Positions 16,761-24,796 of a DNA stretch of 32,098 bases are shown here, piece by piece. Position numbers and translations under genes: made by a program. The first letter of the stretch is position 1; every line of letters begins with the position of its first letter. Source of the stretch: a virus (lineage: Duplodnaviria > Caudoviricetes); the IMG/VR virus record IMGVR_UViG_3300006025_000027, positions 1 to 32,098 of that record; one strand, given 5' to 3'. Below the pieces are notes generated by a model. The model did no database searches, had not been told where the DNA came from, and was given only the letters and a program-made list of their open reading frames with translations.

Positions 16761-16934
16761 CTATAGTCCTGCGCGAGAAAAGATTGCGTCAATCTCCTGG
16801 ACATGGTGAGGGCCAAACTTTGCAGCAGCCTCTCTCTGCTTTGTCCATTCGCGGTTCATTGCACGGATAGCCTTTTCCTCTTCGCTTGTGGCGTTTGTGA
16901 AAAGATTCTCAATTGTACGCATGATTGTCTTCAT
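16761..16934 (-). CDS. 57-aa hypothetical protein (MKTIMRTIENLF...)
   Basis: Hand-translated; aaggagg SD; TGaTATAAT at 16969-16977. Confidence 0.75.
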   Translation of the reverse strand: MKTIMRTIENLFTNATSEEEKAIRAMNREWTKQREAAAKFGPHHVQEIDAIFSRAGL

Positions 16935-16990
16935 GTAAATTCCTCCTTTTGGGATGTGGGATATCTTAATTATATCAAATAATAAAAGTG

Positions 16991-17926
16991 TTACAGATCA
17001 CTGTTTTTTTTCAGCGAACTGTCAATTTGCTTGTAAAATTCTGTAAAGTCTATGCCTATCATTTTTTGATATTCATAAAATCTTTTGTTTTTTTCTACGC
17101 CAAAGATTCCTTCTTCTTTTCCTTCAAGAATTGATCTTTGAACAGACTTAGATTGATTCTCAAGATTTCTCCACTTTATTTCTCTAGCGGTATCATCTCT
17201 CTGGTTCCATATTTTTGGGTGATCTTTCCTATTATAAAAATGCCACACAAGCATTTCATTCGGTGCGTATATATCCCATCCCCTTGTATATGCTCTAAAG
17301 GCAAAACAAAGTTCTTCACCCATAAAAGAGATTCTTTCATCGTATGGAACCTCTTCTACTAAATTACCTGGGGAAAAAACATAGCCAGCCAAAATTGTGT
17401 ATGATAGGTGAGGTTTTGTTTTATCAAACATAATCTCCCTGTTCCCTGCCCATTCGCTCCTGTATGTAAATACAACACTGGTCCAAGATGGATCACTCCA
17501 AAATATAGAATCATCCTGTGGAAAATATTCTTTTCCATTAGTCCATAATTGATAGGGTGCAGGAAACTGACTTAAAATAATCTTTTGATTTTTTTCTTGC
17601 AACTTTTTTGTCATTTCTATTAGTTTTATATCCCAGTCTTTAGCGAATCTCATATGTGAATCTATCTGAAAAAAGAAATCTTCTCCGTTATACATTTCCA
17701 TGCATTTTTTTCTAGCGAATCCTGCACCGCGAGCATCCTTCATATGAACCTTTTGATGACTTATTTTTGCCTTATCTGAAGATATATCAGGCCACCTATT
17801 AGTATGGTCTTGATCATAAATTCCAATATGAAGACCATTTGGGTTTTTTGCTTGAGAGATAAGGCTATCAACAGTTTTCACCAACTCTCTATCTCTATAA
17901 CTGGCGATAGAAACAAATATTGTCAT
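16991..17926 (-). CDS. GT60-like polypeptide alpha-GlcNAc transferase (Skp1 Gnt1-like, GT-A fold)
   Basis: TIFVSIASYRD.E, ARG...AR, QIDSHMRF...WD, EVPYD....F.GEE....RAYT.G.DIY.P. Confidence 0.85.
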   Translation of the reverse strand: MTIFVSIASYRDRELVKTVDSLISQAKNPNGLHIGIYDQDHTNRWPDISSDKAKISHQKVHMKDARGAGFARKKCMEMYNGEDFFFQIDSHMRFAKDWDIKLIEMTKKLQEKNQKIILSQFPAPYQLWTNGKEYFPQDDSIFWSDPSWTSVVFTYRSEWAGNREIMFDKTKPHLSYTILAGYVFSPGNLVEEVPYDERISFMGEELCFAFRAYTRGWDIYAPNEMLVWHFYNRKDHPKIWNQRDDTAREIKWRNLENQSKSVQRSILEGKEEGIFGVEKNKRFYEYQKMIGIDFTEFYKQIDSSLKKNSDL

Positions 17927-18189
17927 GACAATTTCTGTCCCCCTGGAACATCATATACTGGATCTAGTGTCACATTAACACCATGTGACTCAATTATTTT
18001 TTTTACTTGAGTCATGTATATGACGCACTTAATTCTTTCTTTTTCTGACATATGTCTCCAGTGGCTCTCGTAAAACCTAAGGGCCAGGTATGGGGGATGA
18101 AAGTCATACTCAACTATATCCATCACAAAATCTGATGGAACCCTAAGAGACTTTATCTCTTGCTTCATTTTAGGTGTGTATGCTGTCAT
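17923..18189 (-). CDS. hypothetical protein
   Basis: Start MTAYTP after ggag SD, coupled to the whiB stop. Confidence 0.7.
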   Translation of the reverse strand: MTAYTPKMKQEIKSLRVPSDFVMDIVEYDFHPPYLALRFYESHWRHMSEKERIKCVIYMTQVKKIIESHGVNVTLDPVYDVPGGQKLS

Positions 18190-18467
18190 TCTTTCTCCAT
18201 TGTGAGTGATTGCCAAACCTCAAACCAGTCATTTTTTTCTTTGTGGCTGTTGTGTTCTTTGTCTATCATACCATCTTTTAGATAAATGCCCCCATGAACA
18301 CCCCATTCTTTTCCAGAAACTCCAACCGCAAAGCATCGGCTGTTGACGCTACATCTTTGACATAACTTATCAACACTGGCGGCTAGATCTTTTTGCTCTT
18401 CATATTTTTCAAAAAATATATTTGTGTCCATTCCTAGGCACGCTGCATCATCTTTCCATTTTTGCAT
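18186..18467 (-). CDS. whiB: WhiB-family Fe-S transcriptional regulator
   Basis: W...AAC..D..IFF...LC..C.V...C...WGVHGG. Confidence 0.88.
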   Translation of the reverse strand: MQKWKDDAACLGMDTNIFFEKYEEQKDLAASVDKLCQRCSVNSRCFAVGVSGKEWGVHGGIYLKDGMIDKEHNSHKEKNDWFEVWQSLTMEKE

Positions 18468-18678
18468 ATCTGTTTCCAATGTTTTTAGGTACGTTCCATC
18501 CATTCTTTCCTAATGGAAAGATTTTTTTCTTAAACCAAAATCCGTCTTTGTATACTCCATCAACAAAAAACATGGCGTTATCAGACTTAGTGTGCCTTAC
18601 AACATCCCATCCGTCCCACTCCAAGTCTGAGGAGCGACTAACAATAACTTCCATTTTATCTAAATCATTAATTAACAT
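18448..18678 (-). CDS. hypothetical protein
   Basis: ORF track; aagga SD. Confidence 0.7.
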   Translation of the reverse strand: MLINDLDKMEVIVSRSSDLEWDGWDVVRHTKSDNAMFFVDGVYKDGFWFKKKIFPLGKNGWNVPKNIGNRYAKMER

Positions 18679-19042
18679 GAACTTCCTTTTCCGATGTGTA
18701 TATTACTTTTTTTATTCCAGCATTTTTTATAAGGCCAGAGCATTTTATGCAGGGCTTAGAGTCTCTATCTTCTCCATTTTTGTTTACCCTTGCAACATAT
18801 ATTACCGCACCTTTGAGATTTTGACCAGCCTCACGGATAGCCACTTCTTCTGCGTGGTACGAACAATCTTGCTTAATACGACCACTATCTATTACACTTG
18901 GAGGATTCCTATCTTTGTTCCATCCAGTACCTAGAACTCTACCACCCTTGACAACGACTGCCCCGTGGGTATTTCTTGATTTAGACTTTGTTGCAAAGTA
19001 TCTAGCCACACTAATATAGGCATTGTCTTTATTACTTAGCAT
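18668..19042 (-). CDS. zinc-dependent cytidine/dCMP deaminase family protein
   Basis: HGAVVV, G.N, HAE, PCIKC, GIKKVIY. Confidence 0.88.
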   Translation of the reverse strand: MLSNKDNAYISVARYFATKSKSRNTHGAVVVKGGRVLGTGWNKDRNPPSVIDSGRIKQDCSYHAEEVAIREAGQNLKGAVIYVARVNKNGEDRDSKPCIKCSGLIKNAGIKKVIYTSEKEVHVN

Positions 19043-19047
19043 AATTA

Positions 19048-19392
19048 TTAGTACCTAAATATTCCAGTCTCTACTCCGTACATTTCCATTTTATGAGCAA
19101 GGGCTGATGGCTTCTGGTTAGGATTAGAAAAAAAAGCAAAATAATTAAAATTATCGTGGTTTTCTTCTACAAAAGATGCGGGAACCCTATAGTATTTAAT
19201 CTTTATCCCTCTTTGCTTTAGACTTTTTTCACTAACGTTACAAAATTCAGCAGTATATGAGTTTATTGATGCTGGCCCTACAGCATAAATATTAAAATTT
19301 TTGTCACTTAAATCTGAAAGAACCACTCCCATGGCACGCAGGAATGTGTTGTAGTTTGAAAACTCTTTTGTTCCTTGAACTGCAACGTTCAT
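19048..19392 (-). CDS. hypothetical protein, possibly SLOG/YspA-like
   Basis: V.V.GT..F.NY..F N-terminus; fold call is weak. Confidence 0.55.
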   Translation of the reverse strand: MNVAVQGTKEFSNYNTFLRAMGVVLSDLSDKNFNIYAVGPASINSYTAEFCNVSEKSLKQRGIKIKYYRVPASFVEENHDNFNYFAFFSNPNQKPSALAHKMEMYGVETGIFRY

Positions 19393-19736
19393 TAGTTTTT
19401 CCAATCTTCTATGCTATCCAATATTGTCATCATTTTATTAACATCTCTCACGTTCATGTCAAAGGCATTTACTGGCCTTGCTTCTTCTTTTACTATTTCT
19501 TCATCAACAACATCTGCCTCGTAAAACATATTGTTGACAACCCAGTAAGCCTTGTCTTCTACTATTGCTACCTTCAAGTATCTATCATCTTCCTCTTCGT
19601 CTTCAAAGTTATCTTTTTCATAATCATACGGATCTTCCATGTCTAACTCTTCATCTATTATAGCCACTTCTAGGGAAGAAAGCAACAGGATAAATGATAG
19701 TGGAAGAAAAGGCATCAACCTTATCAACAACTTCAT
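19392..19736 (-). CDS. acidic protein with N-terminal hydrophobic segment
   Basis: ORF track; aaggag SD. Confidence 0.65.
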   Translation of the reverse strand: MKLLIRLMPFLPLSFILLLSSLEVAIIDEELDMEDPYDYEKDNFEDEEEDDRYLKVAIVEDKAYWVVNNMFYEADVVDEEIVKEEARPVNAFDMNVRDVNKMMTILDSIEDWKN

Positions 19737-19761
19737 GCTATTACTCCTTTGTTAAATTTTA

Positions 19762-20145
19762 TCAGGAGTTGTCCGTTTTGTCAACGTTTGCCCTAAAAGA
19801 AAAAGCAGAACCTTCCCAGGCTTTCTTTGCTTCCTCTCTCTTAACAATCTTTCTTGACCATGAAAAACCAGCATCTCCACCCCATGCGTCCCACATAATG
19901 CGACCGTTGGATGGATTGCTAGTATTATAAAAGTCTTTGCCCTTCTTGTCAACCTCATGACGGGAGAAGAAAGAATACATACGCTTTACAGTATCAAGGG
20001 ACATTGATCTACCCGCGACAATATCAGACGCTCTTCCCCATCCTACAGGAGTTCCAGCACCCTTTGCCTTACCCTCTTCCTTCCACCTTAATGCTCTGCG
20101 AGCAGCAGTTTTCATTCCAGAGGTGGGGGTATATGTGTCAGCCAT
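19762..20145 (-). CDS. phage protein of a type usually linked to head-maturation genes
   Basis: A.RAL.W...GT.VG..RA...S..TVKRM.SFFSRH...WDAWGGDAG..WS; association recalled, not searched. Confidence 0.6.
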   Translation of the reverse strand: MADTYTPTSGMKTAARRALRWKEEGKAKGAGTPVGWGRASDIVAGRSMSLDTVKRMYSFFSRHEVDKKGKDFYNTSNPSNGRIMWDAWGGDAGFSWSRKIVKREEAKKAWEGSAFSFRANVDKTDNS

Positions 20146-20666
20146 TACAGAATCTCTCTCTTTATCATTGCTGGCATTGGATCAAATCCAGACCACATGC
20201 TCTTTGCGGCTCTTAAGGTTTCCATTCTGTGACCTACCATTCTTCCTGTTGGCTTTCCATCGCGGTATACCTCAATGACTACCGCTGGATTGTCGGGAGT
20301 TCCTGTAATTGTAAAGTCAGAATTTGGAACATTGTATGATCCATTTCTAATTACTCTCTTTACCTTACCCTTTGCATTTCCCCCACTTGATCCCCAAGAA
20401 ACCATTTGACCAACACGAACGCTGTCGGCCTTGCTCATTCCTGGATTGCAAACTGGGCAGTTAGGGCAGTCAACGTCCATTGACTTGCAGGTTGGGCAAC
20501 CACACCCTTTATACTTCTTGTCCATTTCTTCAGTAGAATACAATGCAGCCATTTGAGCCTGAGCCTTCTCTTTTGTTTCGTGGCAGCCCTCTAACTCATT
20601 AGTACCTTCTTTGAATACACCATAGCCAGAACACTGGGGGGTTCCTTGACGAATTTCCCAAGGCAT
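20145..20666 (-). CDS. modular protein: GCH-motif domain, Cys cluster, Tudor-like (DUF2945-like) domain
   Basis: MPW.I...GCH.T...A..Q.AALY; CGCPTC...CPNCPVC; VGQMVSW.SSGG.A.GKV. Confidence 0.6.
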   Translation of the reverse strand: MPWEIRQGTPQCSGYGVFKEGTNELEGCHETKEKAQAQMAALYSTEEMDKKYKGCGCPTCKSMDVDCPNCPVCNPGMSKADSVRVGQMVSWGSSGGNAKGKVKRVIRNGSYNVPNSDFTITGTPDNPAVVIEVYRDGKPTGRMVGHRMETLRAAKSMWSGFDPMPAMIKREIL

Positions 20667-21394
20667 TAGTTATCAAACAACCTATTCCATGCTTTTGGCC
20701 CCATCTTTCTTCCATCGGATGTTTGATTAATTGATCGATAAAATGACCTAACTGCATTTCTTGTTTGATGAAAATAATTTCCAGTTGGTCCAGCCTTAAT
20801 TGCAAAACCCTTAGCAATTAGTTGTGCCTGCAAAGCCTTTACATAATCGTTTCTTTCTCCCCATTTTACGTTTTTGACACCTGGATATGGCATACCAGTT
20901 ACAGGCTCGCTAACTTCGGCAATAAGATCCCCTACTGAGGTTTCAGGAACTTCTTTGCCCCCATCCTTAAATATTTCAAGATCGAACTTGGAGCCATCTC
21001 TTTGCGCTTTATCTGTGAAAGAAACGTGAATGTGTTGTGTATGTCCCCAATTACCTTTTCTCCAAACCCAATACTTGTCTCTATGAGTTCCGCTTGCAAT
21101 CATGTTTTCATATACTACATATTTGAGTCTGCCGCCGTCTTTGCCCTTGCGTGCATACTCAATTAGTTGATCAGCAAATTCTCTAGCAACAGCACCCTTG
21201 CGTCCTTCTCCATCACCCATATTCTCATCAATATCAATGGCGTGAACCCACCCATCTCTATCTGGATTATGGTCGCTCTTCCTGGCTTGATGAGCCTTGT
21301 CCCCTACCCAGCCATCACTGCGCTTATCTCTACTGGGATATGCCTTATTAAGTTGATCTCTTAAAGTTACCCCTGCCTTTACTAACTTTGCCAT
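20666..21394 (-). CDS. endolysin: Zn-peptidase (M15-like) domain plus C-terminal peptidoglycan-binding domain
   Basis: SDGWVGD..H, SDHNPD, HAID, H..HIHVS; VKALQ..L...G....G.Y...T..AV..F...DG..GP..W. Confidence 0.82.
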   Translation of the reverse strand: MAKLVKAGVTLRDQLNKAYPSRDKRSDGWVGDKAHQARKSDHNPDRDGWVHAIDIDENMGDGEGRKGAVAREFADQLIEYARKGKDGGRLKYVVYENMIASGTHRDKYWVWRKGNWGHTQHIHVSFTDKAQRDGSKFDLEIFKDGGKEVPETSVGDLIAEVSEPVTGMPYPGVKNVKWGERNDYVKALQAQLIAKGFAIKAGPTGNYFHQTRNAVRSFYRSINQTSDGRKMGPKAWNRLFDN

Positions 21395-21525
21395 TATAGA
21401 TCCTCTCCAAAGTCTGGCTCTTGTGCCTTTGTGTAATCTTCAGGGCTGTTGGTGTCCTCTCCGCCCTTTTCTTGATTGCTAATTGGGGTAACTCCAGTTT
21501 GTGTGTTAGAAGAAAATATACTCAT
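21394..21525 (-). CDS. 43-aa acidic leaderless peptide coupled to endolysin
   Basis: TGgTATAAT 21532-21540, ATG 6 nt later; TAATG overlap with lysin start. Confidence 0.6.
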   Translation of the reverse strand: MSIFSSNTQTGVTPISNQEKGGEDTNSPEDYTKAQEPDFGEDL

Positions 21526-21540
21526 TTAAATATTATACCA

Positions 21541-21879
21541 CTAATATAGGTTTTTTTTCCAAATAAAAGTTATTTCTGCCAAAGTATTTCTGTCTTCTTT
21601 ATCTAAATAAGAAATTTTTTCATAATTTTCACTGTTTTCATTTAACCCTATCATAGGCTCACCGTCTTCATCAAAAACTATCTCAATCATATCTTTTGTC
21701 CATAAAGAAAAAGCCCCAGCGTTAAACTCTTGCATATGGCTTTTATATATTTCTGGAACTAAGTCTTCTGCCTCTTTTGTTAATCTATATATAGGATTTC
21801 CATCTTCATCTTTAAGTTGATATTCTAAAACCCCTAAGGCTAATAGGTATTCAATTAATTCATCGTCCAAATCTACCAA
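21541..21879 (-). CDS. acidic hypothetical protein
   Basis: ORF track. Confidence 0.7.
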   Translation of the reverse strand: MVDLDDELIEYLLALGVLEYQLKDEDGNPIYRLTKEAEDLVPEIYKSHMQEFNAGAFSLWTKDMIEIVFDEDGEPMIGLNENSENYEKISYLDKEDRNTLAEITFIWKKNLY

Positions 21880-22058
21880 CCCTCAATACCAACAGTTATT
21901 TTTCCCATTGGCTTCCCATAGGTTAGGATCATTCTATTCATGAGGGTTCTTACACAGCATCCAGCCCTTTTATCATTTACAAAGTCTATTGCTTCTCCAT
22001 CAATATAGAGAGTGGCGTTGTATCTCTGCTCTGGAGCAGGCTCTATTACTATTTGCAT
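21873..22058 (-). CDS. hypothetical protein (leaderless)
   Basis: TGaTATAAT 22065-22073, 6 nt before ATG. Confidence 0.65.
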   Translation of the reverse strand: MQIVIEPAPEQRYNATLYIDGEAIDFVNDKRAGCCVRTLMNRMILTYGKPMGKITVGIEGW

Positions 22059-22080
22059 ATAAATATTATATCAGTCTTTG

Positions 22081-22159
22081 TCGGCAGGGCGGGGCTTGAA
22101 CCCGCAATCGTATTCCCAGTTTATAAGACTGGCGGCTTAACCAATTTGCCTACCTGCCG
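22081..22159 (-). tRNA. tRNA with TAT anticodon (nominal tRNA-Ile for AUA), 10-nt variable region
   Basis: cggcagg/cctgccg; ccagt-CTTATAA-actgg; gcggg-TTCAAGC-cccgc; A73. Confidence 0.88.
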
Positions 22160-22165
22160 TATTTG

Positions 22166-22348
22166 TCAGGAAACAACTAAAAGCGTTATTCCCCAAACTA
22201 GGAGGCCCATTGCAATGATTGTTGCAACAATAGTGCTCAAAGGAAATTCTTTCTTGTCACTTAATCCAAGTGCTGATATGTTTGCAATAAGATTAAGTCC
22301 AAACAAAATAAGTGTTGTAATAATATATAGTGTTGTTGCAAGTCCCAT
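22166..22348 (-). CDS. small 2-TM membrane protein
   Basis: Two hydrophobic helices; gaaagg SD; own promoter. Confidence 0.7.
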   Translation of the reverse strand: MGLATTLYIITTLILFGLNLIANISALGLSDKKEFPLSTIVATIIAMGLLVWGITLLVVS

Positions 22349-22374
22349 TTCTTTACCTTTCTAGTATGACTCTA

Positions 22375-22403
22375 ATTATAGCGAGTACAACAAAAGTTGT
22401 CAA
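22375..22403 (-). promoter_or_regulatory. perfect consensus promoter TTGACA-N17-TATAAT
   Basis: Exact match. Confidence 0.9.
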
Positions 22404-22426
22404 GAACGTTCTCCACATTACCTCGC

Positions 22427-24217
22427 TCACAGCATGTTCAATCCAGCCAAATAATCTTCTATTTCTTTTGGAGCGGGGGGTGGCTCAATAAGATTCTTAA
22501 TCTTTTCTTGTTCCTGACGCTCTTTCTTAGTTGCAGAACTCCATGAATGAATTTCTATTTCTTGATTTCTCTCCCTGCGGGTATGAGAGATAGCGTTATA
22601 AACTGATCCACACATAGCGTCTGCCAAGTCCTTTGACTTCTTTCTTGGATGGTCCACTTTCTTATCAGATACAATCTTTAGTTCGCTCATTTCCTCAAAC
22701 AATAAGTCAATGTGTGGCAGTGCTACACGCTCTTCATAAATCAACATAGCCAGATCCTCATAATGCTTCTTGGCTACTGACAAAGTATCTGTCTTAATTC
22801 CTACCGCCTTTAGTTCCTGCTGAATGTCAAAAGATTGCCAACGGTCAAAAGTCACCAGCCCAAGATTGAATCCCATTCTTCTAAGATGAATAATCCAATT
22901 CTTTACCTCGCTAAGATCTACTGGACCTTCCTTACGAGGCTCCCACCAGGCGATAGCATCTACCACAACGAATGGAACGATTTGCTCGTAATCATTAAAT
23001 GACTTTATTTCTACCCATTTTTCTACATGGCTAATTGATACAGCACACTTGTCATGCTTCTGTGCAAGGTCAGCATGAACAAAATAAACTTTGTCTGGAT
23101 CAGGCTCAAAGGCTCCATCAAATCTTCTCAAATTATCTAAAGGATTCCTCAAAGTCATTGCTCTCTGTACTTTATCCTGCTGCTTGAAGAATGCGTCAGA
23201 CGCAAAGTTTGGCATACATGCAAAACGCATGAGGGCATCTCCAGGATCTGTATAGAATGCTAGTTTAAAGTCATCGATCTTTCTGGTGGGGTTTACCTCC
23301 CATGTGGGACGCTTGATGGCAAACACATAAGGAATCTTGTAGGCAAGAATATGGTCCTCGTCCCATTCGATACTAAACTTATTGCCTTCCTCATCTTCTG
23401 GAAGGTCTGGGTTAAGAATAAACTCATGACTTTGAACCACTGTTTCTTTTTCTGCAATAACATCCTCATATCTCTTGGTAATAAAGTCACCCTTATATCT
23501 AGGGAATGATAGAAGAATTACTTTTCCATAGTCTGGAAAACGCGAGTCAACAGATGCGCGGAATGCCTTATAGATAGCGTCGCCAGTCTTGGCATTCTCA
23601 TTTCCTGAAACAGATTCTTGTGCAAAGCCAGAGATCTCATCAAGTACCGCCAACATAAGGTTCAAACCCTCATGGCTCTCTCGTTCTGAGTGACCAGAGT
23701 AAACAGTAATAGATTTATCAAACGTTACCGCATCTACCTTCGATTCATACTTTCCAGCAAACCATGGGGAGTGCTCAATCTTTGTTTTAAACCCCTTAAA
23801 GAATACGTTCTTGGCCTGCTGCGCGTTGATGGCAACGTTAATGAGGTCGATAGCATCCCCTGCTGGCTTACCAAAATACTTTGCAGGATCTTTTAAGCAC
23901 AATAGTTTATAGACTAGGTATGCTGTTCCCACAGTTGATGTAAAATCTTTTCCACTACCCTTGCCACATTGAAGAATAACTTCGTTCTTTGTGTACTTTT
24001 TATAATGCTGTGCGGCCTCATTTTTTTCCATAAACCTTTCAAGATCCTTTTGCTGATATATCTGGCTCATGGTTTCTACCAAGGTGTATTGAATTTCTGA
24101 GAGAGGGGGCTGACCTAAATAATCTTCTGAAGTAACAAAGGTTGTAATATCTACGGGATACTCTTCAAAAGGATCATCGTCTAGAACATTAAGAAAATCG
24201 TCAAAGTCTAAACTCAT
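22427..24217 (-). CDS. terL: terminase large subunit
   Basis: Walker A GKGSGKD, Walker B VLDE, SFPR coupling motif, RNase H-like DLA...FDRW...KDLADA. Confidence 0.92.
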   Translation of the reverse strand: MSLDFDDFLNVLDDDPFEEYPVDITTFVTSEDYLGQPPLSEIQYTLVETMSQIYQQKDLERFMEKNEAAQHYKKYTKNEVILQCGKGSGKDFTSTVGTAYLVYKLLCLKDPAKYFGKPAGDAIDLINVAINAQQAKNVFFKGFKTKIEHSPWFAGKYESKVDAVTFDKSITVYSGHSERESHEGLNLMLAVLDEISGFAQESVSGNENAKTGDAIYKAFRASVDSRFPDYGKVILLSFPRYKGDFITKRYEDVIAEKETVVQSHEFILNPDLPEDEEGNKFSIEWDEDHILAYKIPYVFAIKRPTWEVNPTRKIDDFKLAFYTDPGDALMRFACMPNFASDAFFKQQDKVQRAMTLRNPLDNLRRFDGAFEPDPDKVYFVHADLAQKHDKCAVSISHVEKWVEIKSFNDYEQIVPFVVVDAIAWWEPRKEGPVDLSEVKNWIIHLRRMGFNLGLVTFDRWQSFDIQQELKAVGIKTDTLSVAKKHYEDLAMLIYEERVALPHIDLLFEEMSELKIVSDKKVDHPRKKSKDLADAMCGSVYNAISHTRRERNQEIEIHSWSSATKKERQEQEKIKNLIEPPPAPKEIEDYLAGLNML

Positions 24218-24729
24218 AGTGTTACTGCCTCGTCTGCCCCACCATAATCAGCAAGCCTTCTTGCAACTTCATATTTACACTTATCACATTCACCAACAAC
24301 ATCTTTTAAGATGCCAAGTAGGATTTCTTGCTTTCTTTCTTGTTCAAGTAATTGGTCTGCCAACTCTTTGTTTTCAAGAAGTCCAGCCTTCTGAAGCATA
24401 TCCATTCTTTTATTTTCAATATCAAGAATGAGTTTTAAGGCGTTTGTCTTTGCTCCAAGATTGGCTGCTAGATCTGCATCTTCAATAACTTCATAAGCCT
24501 TTTTAATTAGTTGATTATAATGCTGGTCTGCACTGGCAAGAGCCTCTTTTGCTCTAGCACGAATGGCTTCATTGTTAGATACCATACCCCGCCACTCATT
24601 AAGTAGTTTTACTACTCTGTTGCGAGGTATATCAAGTTGCTTGGCAATAGTAGATTCATCATTGCCCTTGATATACTCAGAGGCTATCTTGTTTACCTCT
24701 TCTAAATGCAATACGATATCGGTTTCCAT
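24214..24729 (-). CDS. probable terminase small subunit (leaderless)
   Basis: N-terminal HTH-like segment, helical; ATGA overlap with terL; start MET at 24729. Confidence 0.6.
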   Translation of the reverse strand: METDIVLHLEEVNKIASEYIKGNDESTIAKQLDIPRNRVVKLLNEWRGMVSNNEAIRARAKEALASADQHYNQLIKKAYEVIEDADLAANLGAKTNALKLILDIENKRMDMLQKAGLLENKELADQLLEQERKQEILLGILKDVVGECDKCKYEVARRLADYGGADEAVTL

Positions 24730-24736
24730 GGGAATA

Positions 24737-24745
24737 ATTATAGCA
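24737..24745 (-). promoter_or_regulatory. extended -10 TGcTATAAT, ATG 7 nt downstream
   Basis: Direct match. Confidence 0.7.
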
Positions 24746-24792
24746 GCAGGGTAGGATGTTGCCACCTAATGATTTGGTTCCTACCCTGCCGC
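24743..24792 (-). terminator. 14-bp stem with 22-nt loop after the transglycosylase gene
   Basis: gcggcagggtagga pairs with tcctaccctgctgc on the minus strand. Confidence 0.55.
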
Positions 24793-24796
24793 CACC

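Noticed and set aside
12415-22364. Track ORFs overlapping tRNAs (12415..12624, 13989..14177, 14110..14304, 22053..22364)
   Set aside because: Explained by tRNA genes
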